DNA of 55,864 nucleotides. Source: Selaginella moellendorffii. Lineage: Eukaryota > Plantae > Lycopodiophyta. The notes beneath the pieces are model-generated. The model was not told the origin of the DNA and did not search any database. It saw nothing but the letters and a program-made list of their open reading frames with translations. A program made the position numbers and the translations under genes. The number at the start of each line of letters is the position of its first letter. Position 1 is the stretch's first letter. Shown piece by piece: positions 11,961 to 27,628 of the stretch. The stretch covers positions 2,182,655 through 2,238,518 of the forward strand of contig NW_003314263.1 in the NCBI RefSeq assembly GCF_000143415.4. Direction: 5' to 3'.

Positions 11961-12517
11961 ATATCGAGATGGATAGGATGGACATTGTTAGAGCATATCC
12001 AAAGGAATATAAATGAGATTCGCCCCTCCAGGTCTCATTCGTGCTGGCTGTAGTCTATAGCTATTACAGTCTCGTTGCAAATAGAACAGCCTGTGCTGCG
12101 CTGTTGGAACGTCAGGGGTTCAAATCCAGGACTGGGCCACACGATTATTAAAAATAAGCAACCCCCGCTAATCTAAATCCACCATTGTCTCTGGGCGACA
12201 GAGAAATAATAGCGCTTTGTTCTTCCATGTAGCGTTTTCCACACTCTCTCTCGGCCCATTCCATATCTCTCTTCCTCTCGCGCTAGGTCGAAAATTTCTC
12301 CTTTTTTTATTGTTAGCCTTTGCCGAATCGAGGGACCCTTTTTTTCGACTTGGGCTTTTAAGGATTAAGCGCTGGCTATGGTTGCCAAGGGTCTCAGGGA
12401 TTTAGCGAATAGCTTCAGTGCTTACCACAGGCGAATGTAAAAAACCCATTAACTGGTAAGACTCTACTCTCTCTCTCTCTCTCTCTCTCGCCGGTTTTAA
12501 TTCTCGTGTATCCAGCT

Positions 12518-14288
12518 ATGGCGGAATCCACCCCTTCTCCACAGAAACGAGGCGAAGTCGATACTTCCAAGCCTTACACCGATGTGAAAGAGGCCATTCA
12601 TCGGTTTGACCATCTTCCTGGAGTAAAAAACTCGGCAGAGGTATGTTTTTACTCGAGCTTTGTTTTTACGAGAGAGAGAGAGGAAAAAAAAAAAACTATG
12701 GCAGAAGCGTGCGTATGAAAGTCCCATTGGAGCTTTGAAGGAGCAGCTGGTGGAAGCCATGGCGGCCAAGGATAAGATGGAATTGGATAAGCGCGAGGTG
12801 GAGCAAGAGCTCGCGAAGCTCAAGGAGAGCTACGAGCAACTTAGCAAGAAGCTGGAGATGGCATTGTCAATCCCAGAATCCATGGGAAGTGAGGAGCGAG
12901 AAGATCTCCAGAAGCTCTACGAGAGGACGACGCAAGATCTGGAAGCCTCGCGGGAGAGGATCCAAGATCTGGAAGATCATAAAGTTGGCGAGAGCAGCAA
13001 GACGATTGAATCGCTGAGCATGGAGCTGGAAGCGGCCAGGGATCGCGAGAAGAGTTCCATGGCCAAGGCGGGAGATCTAAGCACTGAGGTGGAGAGGCTA
13101 ACGTCACAGGTGGGAGAGCTCGCAGAGGAGCTGAGGATCGCGAAGGAGGAGCTGGATCGATTGAGGAGCTCCGAGTCGAGAGCTATGGCGGAGGTGGGGG
13201 ACGCGGCGGCAGAGATCAGCCGGGTGGAGGCAGCGATCAAAGCGGTGGAGGATGAGAAGATCACGCTCCAGGCGACGACGCGCTACCTGGAGACGGAGCT
13301 GGAGAGCACCAAGCTGGAGCACGAGTCCCTCCAGAGAGATCGAGGAGAGGGAGAAGAAGAGAATCCGGCTGTGGCGATCGAGAAGATCAAGGCTAAGATC
13401 GAGGCGGTGTCGAGCTTGGAATCCAAGGCGATGGCGAGCGCGGCGGGGATGCTGGAGGGCTACGAGCTCGTGTCGGCTGAAGCCATCGAGGCGGAGGTCG
13501 TTAGGGCTGGAGTGAGCGAGGAGGTGGCGAGGATGAGGAACGAGGCCTGGGAGCTCAAGCTCGCGACCATGGCGAGCGAGAAGCGCGTGGAAGATCTTAC
13601 GCAGGAGGCGCTGGCGGCCAAGGAATCCGAGGCCCGCGCCATGAAGTCGATCCGGCAGGACGACGATCGTGCCGAATCGAAGGAATCGATGCTCGAGGAG
13701 GAGACGGCTGGGAGATTGCGCGAGGCGAGCGCCGAGGAAGCGAGCGCGCGGGCGCGAGAGGAGGAGCTCAAGAGGAGCTTGGAGACGGCGAGGGCGGAGA
13801 TCGAGGAGACGCGGGTGGATCTCAAGCAGGCGAACGAGAAGGCCGCCATCGCCGAGGCGGCCAAGTCGGCGGTGGAGGGCGAGCTCCGGCGATGGCGGTC
13901 AGAGAACGAGCAGCGCAGGAGGATGGCGATGGTGGCCAATCTCACCGCCGCTACGCCGGTTCCACAGCGCAATGGCGATGCTTCTCCAGCTACGATCTTG
14001 GCGTCGAGCGTCTCGATCGCTCATCCGGAGGCCAAGAATGACGGGAATGGGAGGAGATTCTCGTCGAGCTCTCGCGAGATTGCACGGTCGGCAACGATCG
14101 AGGAGGGGCGGCGATCGTCCGGGGAATCGCTCGCTCAGGTGCTCCAGATCAAATTGCCCGACGCTAGTGGGGTCAGATCGAAAAATCTGGAGCAAATCGT
14201 GGTGGAGAGCGCGGAAATCAAGAAGAAGAAGCTCAGGCTCCTCGCCCGACTGGGGGCCATCTTTACCGCGCGAAAGAAGCACACTTGA
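12518..14288 (+). CDS. WEB family (DUF827, WEB1/PMI2-like) coiled-coil protein; exons 12518-12640, 12705-14288
   Basis: N-terminal RGEVDTSKPYTDVKEAIHRF matches the family motif (EIDT.APF.SVKEAV..F). Long heptad coil and C-terminal AEAAKSAVEGELRRWRSENEQRRR. GT-AG phase-0 intron. Confidence 0.9.
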
Positions 14289-14425
14289 CCTAGAATTCAA
14301 ACGTTTAAAATCTAATTTGATTTTGTCCATGTCACGTGCCACGCAGGATATTTTTGTCCATGTCAGCCATGTCATAGGTAGGGTTCTTGCGGGAATGTCA
14401 GGATGTGGATGAGAAGCAAGGAGCG

Positions 14426-17302
14426 ATGGCGTGCGCGTTGCTCCAATACGTTTCTCCCAGCTTCTCTACGGCAAGAAATCGATGCGCCGAGGCGGCGGCG
14501 TCGCCAGCGTCGCCAGCGTCGATTCAGGTAAGCACTGATGGAAAGTCCAGCGGCATTCCTCACAGGCAGCTCCATTTGTCGACAGCGAGGAAGCTCGCTA
14601 GATCCGAGAGCTTGCAGCAGGACGTGCTCGACCTCCTCGGGCTCCTCCAATCAGGCAGTAATATCCGTGAGCGCCTCGAGCAATGGCGAGGGACTCTCCA
14701 GCCCGCGGTGGTGTCTAGGGTATTGCAGCGGCTCAAGGATCCACAGACCGCCATCGTCTTCTTCGTGTGGGCCGGGGATAGGGGATTCAAGCACAGCACG
14801 TTTACCAGGAACTGCTTCCTCCAGACTCTACTCGAGAATGGCTCCAGCGATCGCATTCCAGCGATGTTTGAGAGGATGCTGGATGCTGGCTATGCCCCGG
14901 ATTCCTACACGTATCATCTCGTCATCAAGAGCTTGTGCCAGATGAACCAAATTGACAAGGCTTTCACGATGCTAGACAAGGCAAAAGTTCGAGGATTCAA
15001 GCCAGAGGTCTCGGTTTACACGATACTCACCAGAGCTTTTTGCAAAACTGGCCGGCTCAAGGACGCTCTAGAGATCTTCCGGAACATACCATCGCCAGAC
15101 GCCATTGCTTACAACGCTATCATCCATGGGCACTGCAGGAAGAATGACTGCGATGGAGCTCTTGAGTTTCTCAAAGAGATGAACGAGAGGAAGGTGGCAC
15201 CGGACGTTTTCACGTATAACATTCTCATCGACGGGCTTTGCAAAGCGTCCAAGACCGACAAGGCGTCGGAGATGCTCCATGAAATGGTGGACAGAGGAGT
15301 CACTCCCGATACAGTGACTTTCAACTCTATCATGGACGGGCTCTGCAAGGCTGGAAAGTTTGAGCGTGCTCACAGCTTGCTGGCTGTGATGGCCGAGAGG
15401 AACTGCCGTCCAAGTTGCTGCACTTACAACACACTCATCAGCGGCCTGTGCAAGCAGCAAAACGTTGACAGGGCGAAAGATCTGGTGGATGAGTTCGTAA
15501 GCAGCGGATTCGTTCCAGACGTGGTCACTTACTCCATTCTCGCCGATGGGCTGTGCAAGAGGGGAAGGATCGACGAGGCCTTCGAGCTGGTGAAGGAGAT
15601 GTCTGGAAAAGGATGCACTCCCAATCTAGTGACTTACAACACTCTCATAGACGGGCTTTGCAAGGCAAGCAAGACGGAGAAGGCTTACGAGCTACTGGAG
15701 AGTTTAGTCTCTTCGGGTTTCGTCCCGGACGTAGTGACTTACACGATCATTGTGGACGGGCTTTGCAAGGAAGGCAGGCTGGACAAAGCTCTGAAGATGG
15801 TAGAAGGGATGCTAAAGCGGGGTTGCACACCCAGCGTCATCACTTACACAGCTCTCATGGAAGGCTTGTGTAGGACAGGCCGGGTTGACGAGGCTCATCA
15901 CATTTTCAAAGAGATGGTGAGCAAGGACTGCACTGCAGATGCTCTGGCTTATGTGAGCCTAGTGAATGGCTACTGCAAATCAAGCAGGACGAAAGAAGCT
16001 CAGAAAGTCGTGGATGGGATCCGAGGCACGCCGTATATTGATGTGTACAATGCCTTGATGGATGGCTACTGCAAAGAAGGCCGGCTGGACGAGATCCCCA
16101 ACGTTTTCGAAGATATGGCCTGCCGAGGCTGCGTCCCGAACATAAAGACTTACAACATCGTCATGGACGGGCTCTGCAAGCATGGCAAAGTTGACGAGGC
16201 GTTTCCTTTCCTCGAGAGCATGCACTCGGCCGGATGTGTTCCGGACGTGGTCTCGTACAACATCATCATCGACGGACTGTTCAAGGCGAGCAAGCCGAAA
16301 GAAGCTCGTCAAGTCTTGGACCAGATGATCCAAGCGGGCATTCCACCTGACGCTGTCACGTACAACACTCTGATGGCCCAGTTCTGCAAAGAAGAACGCT
16401 TTGACGACGCCGTGGGTATCCTGAAAAACATGATCAAGGCAGGGGTGGATCCAGACAACGTGACTTACAACACTCTGATCAGTGGTCTCAGCCAGACGAA
16501 CCGGCTGGGGGATGCGTACGAGCTGATGCACGAGATGCTGAGAAACGGCTGCGTCGTGAGTGCCTGCACAACTTACAACACTATCATCGACAGGCTTTGC
16601 AAGGAGGGTTGTCTCAAGCAAGCGCTGCTTCTCATGGACCACATGACCGGCCACGGTGTGGAAGCCAACACAGTGACTTACAACATCTTTATCGACAGGC
16701 TCTGCAAGGAAGGAAGGCTGGACGAGGCCTCGTCGCTGCTGTCAGAGATGGACACGCTCAGAGACGAAGTAAGCTACACGACGGTGATAATCGGCCTGTG
16801 CAAGGCCGAGCAGCTGGACAGAGCCAGCAAGCTGGCCAGGGAGATGGTGGCAGTGAAAGGACTGTGCATCACGTCGCACACTTTCAACCTCCTGATCGAC
16901 GCTTTCACCAAGACCAAGAGGCTGGACGAAGCTTTGACGTTACTGGGGCTAATGGTCCAGCGGGGCTGCTCTCCGAGCGTCATCACGTACAACATGGTGA
17001 TAACTTGCCTGTGCAAGCTCGACAAAGTGGACAAGGCATGGGAGCTGTTTGACGAGATGGCAGTGCGCGGGATCGTGGCTAGCTCGGTCTCGTACACTGT
17101 GCTCATCTATGGCCTGTGTGGCCAAGGCCGCGGGAAAGAAGCGCTCCAGGTGCTCGAGGAGATGGCTTCCAGCGATTGCGAGATCGATGATCTCAAGTGT
17201 AGGAAGCTCTACTTGGCTTTGCGAGGACAGGGAAGGGGAGAAGAGGCAGCCGAGCTGTTAAGAAGGATGACTACCAAAATGGACTCTTTGTCACTGGATT
17301 GA
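14426..17302 (+). CDS. P-class pentatricopeptide repeat (PPR) protein, ~958 aa, about 20 or more 35-aa repeats, N-terminal transit-peptide-like region
   Basis: Tandem motifs such as PDVVTYTIIVDGLCKEGRLDKALKMVEGMLKRGCT. No E/DYW domain. First ATG at 14426 (MACALLQY). Confidence 0.95.
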   Translation: MACALLQYVSPSFSTARNRCAEAAASPASPASIQVSTDGKSSGIPHRQLHLSTARKLARSESLQQDVLDLLGLLQSGSNIRERLEQWRGTLQPAVVSRVLQRLKDPQTAIVFFVWAGDRGFKHSTFTRNCFLQTLLENGSSDRIPAMFERMLDAGYAPDSYTYHLVIKSLCQMNQIDKAFTMLDKAKVRGFKPEVSVYTILTRAFCKTGRLKDALEIFRNIPSPDAIAYNAIIHGHCRKNDCDGALEFLKEMNERKVAPDVFTYNILIDGLCKASKTDKASEMLHEMVDRGVTPDTVTFNSIMDGLCKAGKFERAHSLLAVMAERNCRPSCCTYNTLISGLCKQQNVDRAKDLVDEFVSSGFVPDVVTYSILADGLCKRGRIDEAFELVKEMSGKGCTPNLVTYNTLIDGLCKASKTEKAYELLESLVSSGFVPDVVTYTIIVDGLCKEGRLDKALKMVEGMLKRGCTPSVITYTALMEGLCRTGRVDEAHHIFKEMVSKDCTADALAYVSLVNGYCKSSRTKEAQKVVDGIRGTPYIDVYNALMDGYCKEGRLDEIPNVFEDMACRGCVPNIKTYNIVMDGLCKHGKVDEAFPFLESMHSAGCVPDVVSYNIIIDGLFKASKPKEARQVLDQMIQAGIPPDAVTYNTLMAQFCKEERFDDAVGILKNMIKAGVDPDNVTYNTLISGLSQTNRLGDAYELMHEMLRNGCVVSACTTYNTIIDRLCKEGCLKQALLLMDHMTGHGVEANTVTYNIFIDRLCKEGRLDEASSLLSEMDTLRDEVSYTTVIIGLCKAEQLDRASKLAREMVAVKGLCITSHTFNLLIDAFTKTKRLDEALTLLGLMVQRGCSPSVITYNMVITCLCKLDKVDKAWELFDEMAVRGIVASSVSYTVLIYGLCGQGRGKEALQVLEEMASSDCEIDDLKCRKLYLALRGQGRGEEAAELLRRMTTKMDSLSLD

Positions 17303-19580
17303 CATCCACATCCAGGGTGAGAAGATTTCATTCTCAATATGTGAGGTTACTAACATTTGCGTTCCTCTTAAGGAAGTTGACAGAGTTGCAAGATGCGCTT
17401 CTTTCTCTTTTCACATCGAGGTAAGAAGTTTACAGTGGATTTTTTTTCTTTTCCTTTCCCTTGCTAAGGAGAGTAAAGTGATCTAAGCTGGATCAACAGC
17501 TAAAGAAGTGTATTTACAGGGGAAGATGTGGCCCCTCACTCGCAATTTCAAACAACTTTTGGCCCGTGTTATTCGTCATTCCACTCGAGGTTCTCGTCAA
17601 CTTGGTGCTCGGTGCCGTACGAAACAAACAAAGCCCACAAGGAATTCGTTAGCGGACTCGCGAGCCTATGCAACAAAGAAATACCAGACCGGTTTCCTTT
17701 TGCTTTCAAGGTACGAAGCTCTAGGCAGGCCGTTTCAAAGTCTCTACAGTTTTTAAGAAGTCACTCATGCTTTATGTTTGCTCCACAGGAATTGACTCCA
17801 GCCATCCCCAAAGCTTTCAAGGCAAGGTGCGAAAGTACGAATGATCAAGCCAACTTGCAGGGATTGTAAGTTTTCGTTTTAAATTCCATTCTTCCTTTTT
17901 ATACTTCTGGAGGGTTCAATCCACCACTGCCAGGAAGAAACTCATTTATGTGGCATGATACTTTGGCTTGGCAGATTTCTTCGTCCGCGCCCTCTAGCTA
18001 AAGAGACTGGACGATTCAAAGGTGTTTAGAAAACGATTCCCGGGGAATTGTTTGTTTCTCGAGCACTCGCTAGTGCTCGATAGTTCTCATTAGGACATGA
18101 TTCTCTCTCTCTCTCTCTCTCTCTCATAATGTTTTTTTCTCTGGGTTTCTGGTTAACATGAACAGAGCGTATGATTGGCGTCAGCTAGAAAACAGTAGCA
18201 CTCGTCGCCCATCATTTGGACACTGGAAAGAAAGGTGGCGAGAGAATCTCCGGGAATCTTATAGATATTGTCTATAATTTAATAACAATAATAATAATAA
18301 TAATGTTTTAGTGGGAATATTTTATATTCCCCTGTGGCCTCGGGACGTCTTTTCCACACGAACTGGCCAGGGATTGAAAAATTTCACTCGCACGCTCTCT
18401 TGAAGCGCCTCCAAAGACCGAGCCCGTTTTCGAAAGCGTAAGTATCTGAGTGTGATATTTCCATGCTTTACTATATGGAGTTCGCAAGAGCAAATCTCCA
18501 CGTCAAAATATCACATCCATGCATCACTGTTAGAAAGGGTACATTTGCCCATTCATGGCATTTGCAGTTCCTCGCCCATCCCTGTCGCGGGAACAAATAC
18601 CCCGGAGGCTATAGCCCGCCACCCTCGCGCATTTAGGTCAATCCCTTTTGGGCAAGTTATACTGTTTACTCGCATCACTTTCCACTTATAGCCGTGAATT
18701 CTCCGCCTTTAAATCCGTTTTGGCGGCTGCCTTTATGAGGAACCAAGCTTTGAGTTTCCTTCCAATTTAATGGTTTGCCGCCATACCGTTTGCCATGGTT
18801 TGTAGAAGGTAACTTTGCAATCAATCCCTCCAGTCCAGTCCAGACCATGAAAACTTTTGAAAAATCTCTGATCACAAGTTCCATTCTGTGACAATGCTTG
18901 AAATTTAATTCATTGGAATCAATCCCCCTTTCTGTGTTGGAGCAGTGCATCTTCTCTGTGAGAGAGAGAGAGAGTGTGTGTGTGTGTGTGTGGCGCATTT
19001 ATATAAAAGGGCTACATAGCCACTCTCTTTTGATCCATCCATTCATCCATCATCCACACCCTGCTGCTAGTTTTTACTACTTCACTGTCTCCAGATAGGC
19101 TATGCCCAGAGTTCCTGGCTCTTCAAAGAAAATCAAAAATAAAAAGAACAAGGAAAGAAACCAAAACGCTCAAGAAAAGATCTCCCTCCCCCCGGGAACA
19201 TGTAGCTACTAGTTCTAGATTTCTGGCAAAGAGAGGAGGAAGAACCAATCAATCAATCCTCTCCCAAAAAGAAAGGCATTGTTTTCTTGTGCAGTGCAGC
19301 TATGTCCTTGAGTAGCAGCGGCGGCAGCAGCTGCGCTAGAGAGGGAGGAGAGATTTTAATTCTTTGATTGCTCATCCACCATCTCTGTTCTTGAGAGCTC
19401 TGCTCACTCCTCCTTGTCTCTATCCTGTTTCTTTTCACCCATTCTCTGGCAAATTCTGGGAAAAGCTTATACAAATCACACATCTCTCTCTCGCTCTCGA
19501 TTTTTTCTCTTTTTCTTTTTTCCTCCCCAAATCGATCGGTACTTTTGATCAGGCCGATTGAATTCCTTGGATTTCCTGGC

Positions 19581-22394
<2,814 letters not shown>

Positions 22395-22621
22395 AAAAAA
22401 AAAGGGATAGCGAAGTTTAAGCTAGACACAGAGGCACACAGTAAAATGTGAAAAAAAGCAATTTTTTCAAACAAATTTTAAGTAATCCATTCCGTTGGAT
22501 GTGAGCATATCTAGAGCATATTTTAAAATATTCAGTACCAGTTTAAAACTAAGCTTAAGGGTAAAAGCTGAATAGTTTAAACAGAGTAAAAGAGTTAGGG
22601 TTTAAGTTAGGGCTCGTGGCA

Positions 22622-23523
22622 ATGTGGAGACGGGCATTTGGGCAGGCGCATGGATTCCGGGTAAGAGAATGCTGGCGTTTCGCTCCAAAAACGCGATGCT
22701 AAATTCTGTTTCGCAGCGTGTGAGGCGCGATTGGATTTCACAACCAGGTACGAATGAATTCTCATGTGTGGTTTTCTCTCCATGAATTGTTGTTTCTTAG
22801 ATGGCCAGAGATCCTCAGCTATATCGACTGCGGTATTGATGCGATCCAAGGCAGAGGCAAATGGCAAAGAAGACAAAGAAACGTTGGTATTATCCTATGC
22901 TTTCCTTCCAGCAAATGTTTTTTCCTTCTCTTCATAACTCCTGAAACGCCTTGTGCTTACTCGAGTTTTCGTGGTGAATTTTGCAGGATCGAGGTGACTT
23001 TTATAACCAAAGAAGGCGATCGGAAGACGATTCGAGTTCCAGTTGGGATGTCGATGTTGGAGGCTGCTCATGAGAACGACATCGAGCTTGAAGGTGGACT
23101 GTTCGCCTTTTCTTTGGAAACGATAAACTCTAGCTTGGAACGAGAATCACAGGTGCTTGCGAGGGCTCATTGGCGTGCTCGACTTGTCATGTCATTGTGA
23201 AGGTATATCGTCTTCCTTTTTTCTTGAGCGATTCGTATGTGGATCACAGGATGAGAAGTTTTATCGGATGCTCAAGGAGCCATCGGACGAGGAGAATGAC
23301 ATGCTTGATCTTGCATTTGGACTTACAGAGACGTAAGCTATTTACTGTTGTGGTTGAACTCTTTTTTCGTACTAATTGTTTTCTTGTTTCCTGTTTTTGT
23401 TTTTTCAGGTCTCGTCTGGGATGCCAAGTGATTGCAAAGCCCGAACTCAACGGCATGGAGTTGGCTCTCCCAGCAGCAACAAGAAACTTCGCTGTGGATG
23501 GACATGTACCAAAACCGCATTAG
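22622..23523 (+). CDS. Mitochondrial adrenodoxin-type [2Fe-2S] ferredoxin (MFDX-like), multiple short exons
   Basis: Spliced product has an Arg-rich presequence, then IEVTFITKEGDRKTIRVPVGMSMLEAAHENDIELEGACEGSLACSTCHVIVK...[52 protein letters not shown]. Confidence 0.95.
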
Positions 23524-25332
23524 ATAAGTAGGATTTTTGTCGTCGTTTTCGTTCTTGAGGTTAAGCTATTGACAGAAAATTCGTTCTAGTTCAATATAAC
23601 AGAATTATTTGCAAACAATCGACAAATTATCTTAAACCTGGTCGATAGCTTGCGATGGGATTTGTAGGAGGGTGCTCTGAAACTTTATATTTCTATGCAG
23701 GAAAGGACAAAGCAAAACAAAACAGCGAAAAAAAAAAACTCTTAATAGCAAGCTTGCTTGCAGTTATCTATGGACTGGTCCAAGACAGCAACCAAATGAA
23801 GGGACCAAAGGACGAACGCAAAAAATTTGTTTTAAGAGATAAACCACCAGATCCTTGTTAAGATTGAGTAGTGATGATTACACATGTTCTTGCAGCAAGT
23901 GAGTGTTGCAGCCAGATCTGCCAATAATAATAATTAAATATATAAATACAAAAAAGTGTAGTTGAAACCAATTTAACAATTATTAAAATCCCACTACATT
24001 AATAATAATATATAACATCATAATCATACAATTAGACTTCACATCATCCCTTTTTCTTGGAAGGATAGAAAGTAATTAGAGTTCTTTTGTTAATAGGTTT
24101 GGATCTAAAGGAACATGAAAAGGAGGCATTGAAATTTATTCTTGATCCCTTTGTATAAAGCATTTTAGTTATTGATTTTTGGAAGATAATGTTTTATTAA
24201 ACCTTGTAAACTTATAATCTAACTTGCCATAACATTTGATATAATCTCTTCCATTGGGTAAAGAGCCCTTTAGACAAATTATATACCATAAGATTAATAT
24301 TAGGTTATTCACTTCATATTTTATAAATGGATGATGATAAGAGTTATAATGTCATTGTTCTTCCACTTGTATATACCCTAAGTGCTTAATAAACTCTATT
24401 TGAATAAGTGGAATAATAGTTATCAAATATTGATCTTAGGATTTAATATTGGCAATTTGTGAGAATTGCGAAGATAAACTCAACTTTAATAATATGGAAT
24501 AATGACCATATAAAAGCTATATAGTGATTTTAAATATAAATGTTAAAAGCTTACATACTTTACAATTATCCATTTGAAGGTTCAAACAAGTTATTTTACC
24601 AAACCATTTATTTATGGATGATAAGCACTCATAAAAATGTGATGTATTTTCAACCAAGACATTAAAATGTGAAATGCTTTAGCCATAAATGCAAGATCAT
24701 AGATTAAGAGAATCTACTCTAGGTAAGAATGCTAAAACACCAAAAGAAAATATTTAACAACACTCTCAAACACACTAACAAGAGCACTAATTTTCACCTA
24801 ATAAATTAAGTAGTTAGAAGAAATAATGATATATTCATTATCAGTTGTTGACTGTGGAAAAGGCCCCATCAAATCAAATTTCACTAGTTGAAATTGTAGT
24901 GCATGTGATTATAGAATAAGATTTGGATATACTATTACTATGTATCCTTGGAATCTTGGGGGATAAAGCGTAGATCACTCTTAAACTCACGAGTTCAAGA
25001 GTTGAGCTCGCGAACTAAGCTCAAATTTTAAATGTAATTTAATACAAACGTTAAAGTGGTGAATCTAGCTTTATACTATATTTTAACATCTCTTTGCATT
25101 TTATATAAATCAAAATATTTTGGTAGAAATTTCTTACCCAAGAATTTAAATATTTACTATGAGCCAAAATAGGTAGGTTCATCAATGAATATAAACATGA
25201 ATATTATGAGCATTATTGTGAAGAAAACACTTGCAAGTATATTAAATTAAAATTATATCTTTCTAGTAATTATATAAATATAAAATTTTATATTTTCAAT
25301 AAAGAATAAACATAATCTCACTACCTCTAAAA

Positions 25333-27628
25333 TATAAGCAATCAAAAGAGAACCATTCATAAGGGTTCAAATATATAAGGAAAGGGCTCCTGACAAAAGT
25401 GCACCTCTTTTTCTAATTAGTTAAGGGTGTTAAGAAATTTAGGGTTAAGTGTTATTGGGTTTGAGTAGTACTAAGCTAAATAACTTATTGGAAAGTCTAA
25501 ATTTAAGAGTTTACATTTGGTATCAGAGGGGTCTTAAGTTTGATTTAATTAAGTTTGACTCAAGGAGTAGGGTATCAAGAGAGCAATGCTTTTAGGAGAG
25601 TTACGACTCTTAACTTATGTTCACAATGGTGTGAACTTGTAGAGAAGTGTAATATACTGTAAACAACTAAATATAATGATTTGAGATATGATTTATAGGG
25701 TGTAAGACACAAATCCCTAAGCCTTAAAGTGGAGCCAAAAGGGTGTCATGAGGTAGTGGCTAAAGTGGAAGATAAACAAGCATAACATATTTGGACTCAA
25801 AGCTCCAACTTGAAAAGTCAAAAGTGGGAGTGGAACTCTTAATAAAGTGCTTGAGGAACGAGCTCGAAGTGATAAATAAAAGAGTCTCTAGAAAAGGGAC
25901 ACAAGAGGACCAACATATAATATGTGAAGTGTTTGGACAAGTCTAAAATGTACCCAAGATGAAGTCTGAGATGGACCTAAAATGGACTCAAGATGGACCC
26001 GAGATAAAGTCTGAGATGGACCCAAAATGGAGTCCGAGAAGGACTCTAAAATGGACCCGAGATAGAGCTTGAGATGGAGTCCAAGATAGACTCGAGATAG
26101 AGCCCGAGATGGAGTCCAAGATGGAGTCTAAGATAGACTCGAGATGGACCTGAGATAAAGTCTGAGATAGAGTCTGAGATAGAGTCTGAAATGGAGTTCT
26201 AAATGGAGTCTGAGATGGACCCAAGATAAAACCCAAGATGGAGTTCGAGATGGAGTCTAAGATGGACTCAAGATGGACTTGAGATGGAGTTTGAGATGGA
26301 ATCTGAGACCGAGACCAAAATTGAAACTGAGACCAAGATCAAGACTAAGACGAAGTCTAAGTCCGAGATTGAGACCAAGCCGAGTCCTAGTCTAAGACCG
26401 AGTTTGAGTCTGAGTCCAAGTCCAAGACCGAAATCTAGTTCGAGTCTGAGTTTGAGATCGACTTTGAATACTAATACAGGCTGTGGGTGAGAGCCTAAAG
26501 CGATTATCCCCCAAGGGGGAGGGGTTGTAGGGGGTTTCAAAAGTATAGTAGGGAAAGTGTGGGGGTTGGACTCTTAGTGGAATCAGATTAGCTAGAAAAG
26601 GCTAATGTGACCCAAGAAGGCTACATTTGTGTGGTGGGTGATGGTATAACTATTGAAGAATCTAAAGCTAAAGTGAATATGGACAAATATGTAGAGTAGC
26701 TTGGTGAAGTGTTGAAGAGCCGACTCTAGTTCCCCCAGAGATTAAATGGTTAATACTCCCAATCCAAGTGTGGGTGGCACTACTTGGATATTTGGTATGG
26801 CTCAATAGAACTTCGCTCTAGGCATATGGTTAAGGCACCTAAGGGCAGAAAGTGGGGAGAGTACCCATGAAGTTCATGTAGGGTTGTGGTGTTTCGAAAT
26901 ATCATCCCAAAGTCTTGGACTATGGAAAGGAAGAAGAACAATCCTCTTGTGTAGTGACCAAAGATATGGTCAAGCAACAAGGAAGTCCCAAAGATCAATA
27001 GGACTTAGTGGTTGGGCCTTCAGGCTTGACCCAGTGGCAGTGTTGGCAAATACAATTGTGGATAGAGAGGGACTTGGTGAGGACTGAAGAAGGAATATTG
27101 GGGAAAGTTGTTCCCCATGTCTCCGAACATTTTTAGGATGCTAAAGTGTGGTCTTAGGATAACCACTCATAAACAAATAGCCCAGTCTTTAAAAGATGGC
27201 ATAAGTGGTCTAGGACTACCAATGAGACAAAAGTAAATGGACATGGCCTTAGCGTAATAGGCTGATATGTTGATAGTATCTTTGGGGTGTCTATCTTGGG
27301 ATTGGATATATAGAGCACCTGGACCAAGTGCAAAGGTTGAGTGGCATAAATGCCATCCACAAGGCTAGCATGTCTTTAAGTCGAGAATAAGGCTTATGGA
27401 GGTTGTAATTGAGATTCTTCCAAAATAGTCAAAGGTGTGGTTAAGTGATTAAAGTAGAATAGTTGTTTATATAGGGGTTTAAATATAGAGGGAAAGAGCT
27501 TATGAACAAAAATGCACTTTATTTTTCAATCGATTAAGGGTGTTAGAATACTTAGGGTTAATTGTCTTTAGGTTTGAGTAATACTAGGTTGGATGATCTT
27601 TTAGGAAGTCCAAATTCATGAGTTTACA
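25333..27628 (+). mobile_element. Old Cassandra TRIM (5S-bearing LTRs) interrupted by a solo LTR
   Basis: TSD TAAAA (25328-32 / 27629-33), PBS tggtatcagag after the first LTR, degenerate 5S-like segment agtagtactaagct...ggaaagtct. Confidence 0.8.
25701..27471 (+). mobile_element. Solo LTR (~1.77 kb) of the long-LTR non-autonomous family
   Basis: Starts tgtaagacacaaatccc, carries the gagatggagtcc/gagatggaccc tandem array, ends ttaagtgattaaagtagaat...tttata. TSD TAGGG (25696-700 / 27472-76). Confidence 0.85.

Noticed and set aside
12065-12140. tRNA gene or SINE suggested by the B-box-like ggttcaaatcc at 12117-12127
   Set aside because: No convincing acceptor, D or T stems, A-box, tail or TSD.
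12841-17261. Numerous overlapping and antisense ORFs in the WEB and PPR genes
   Set aside because: Shadow ORFs expected from GC-rich coding sequence; no recognisable motifs.
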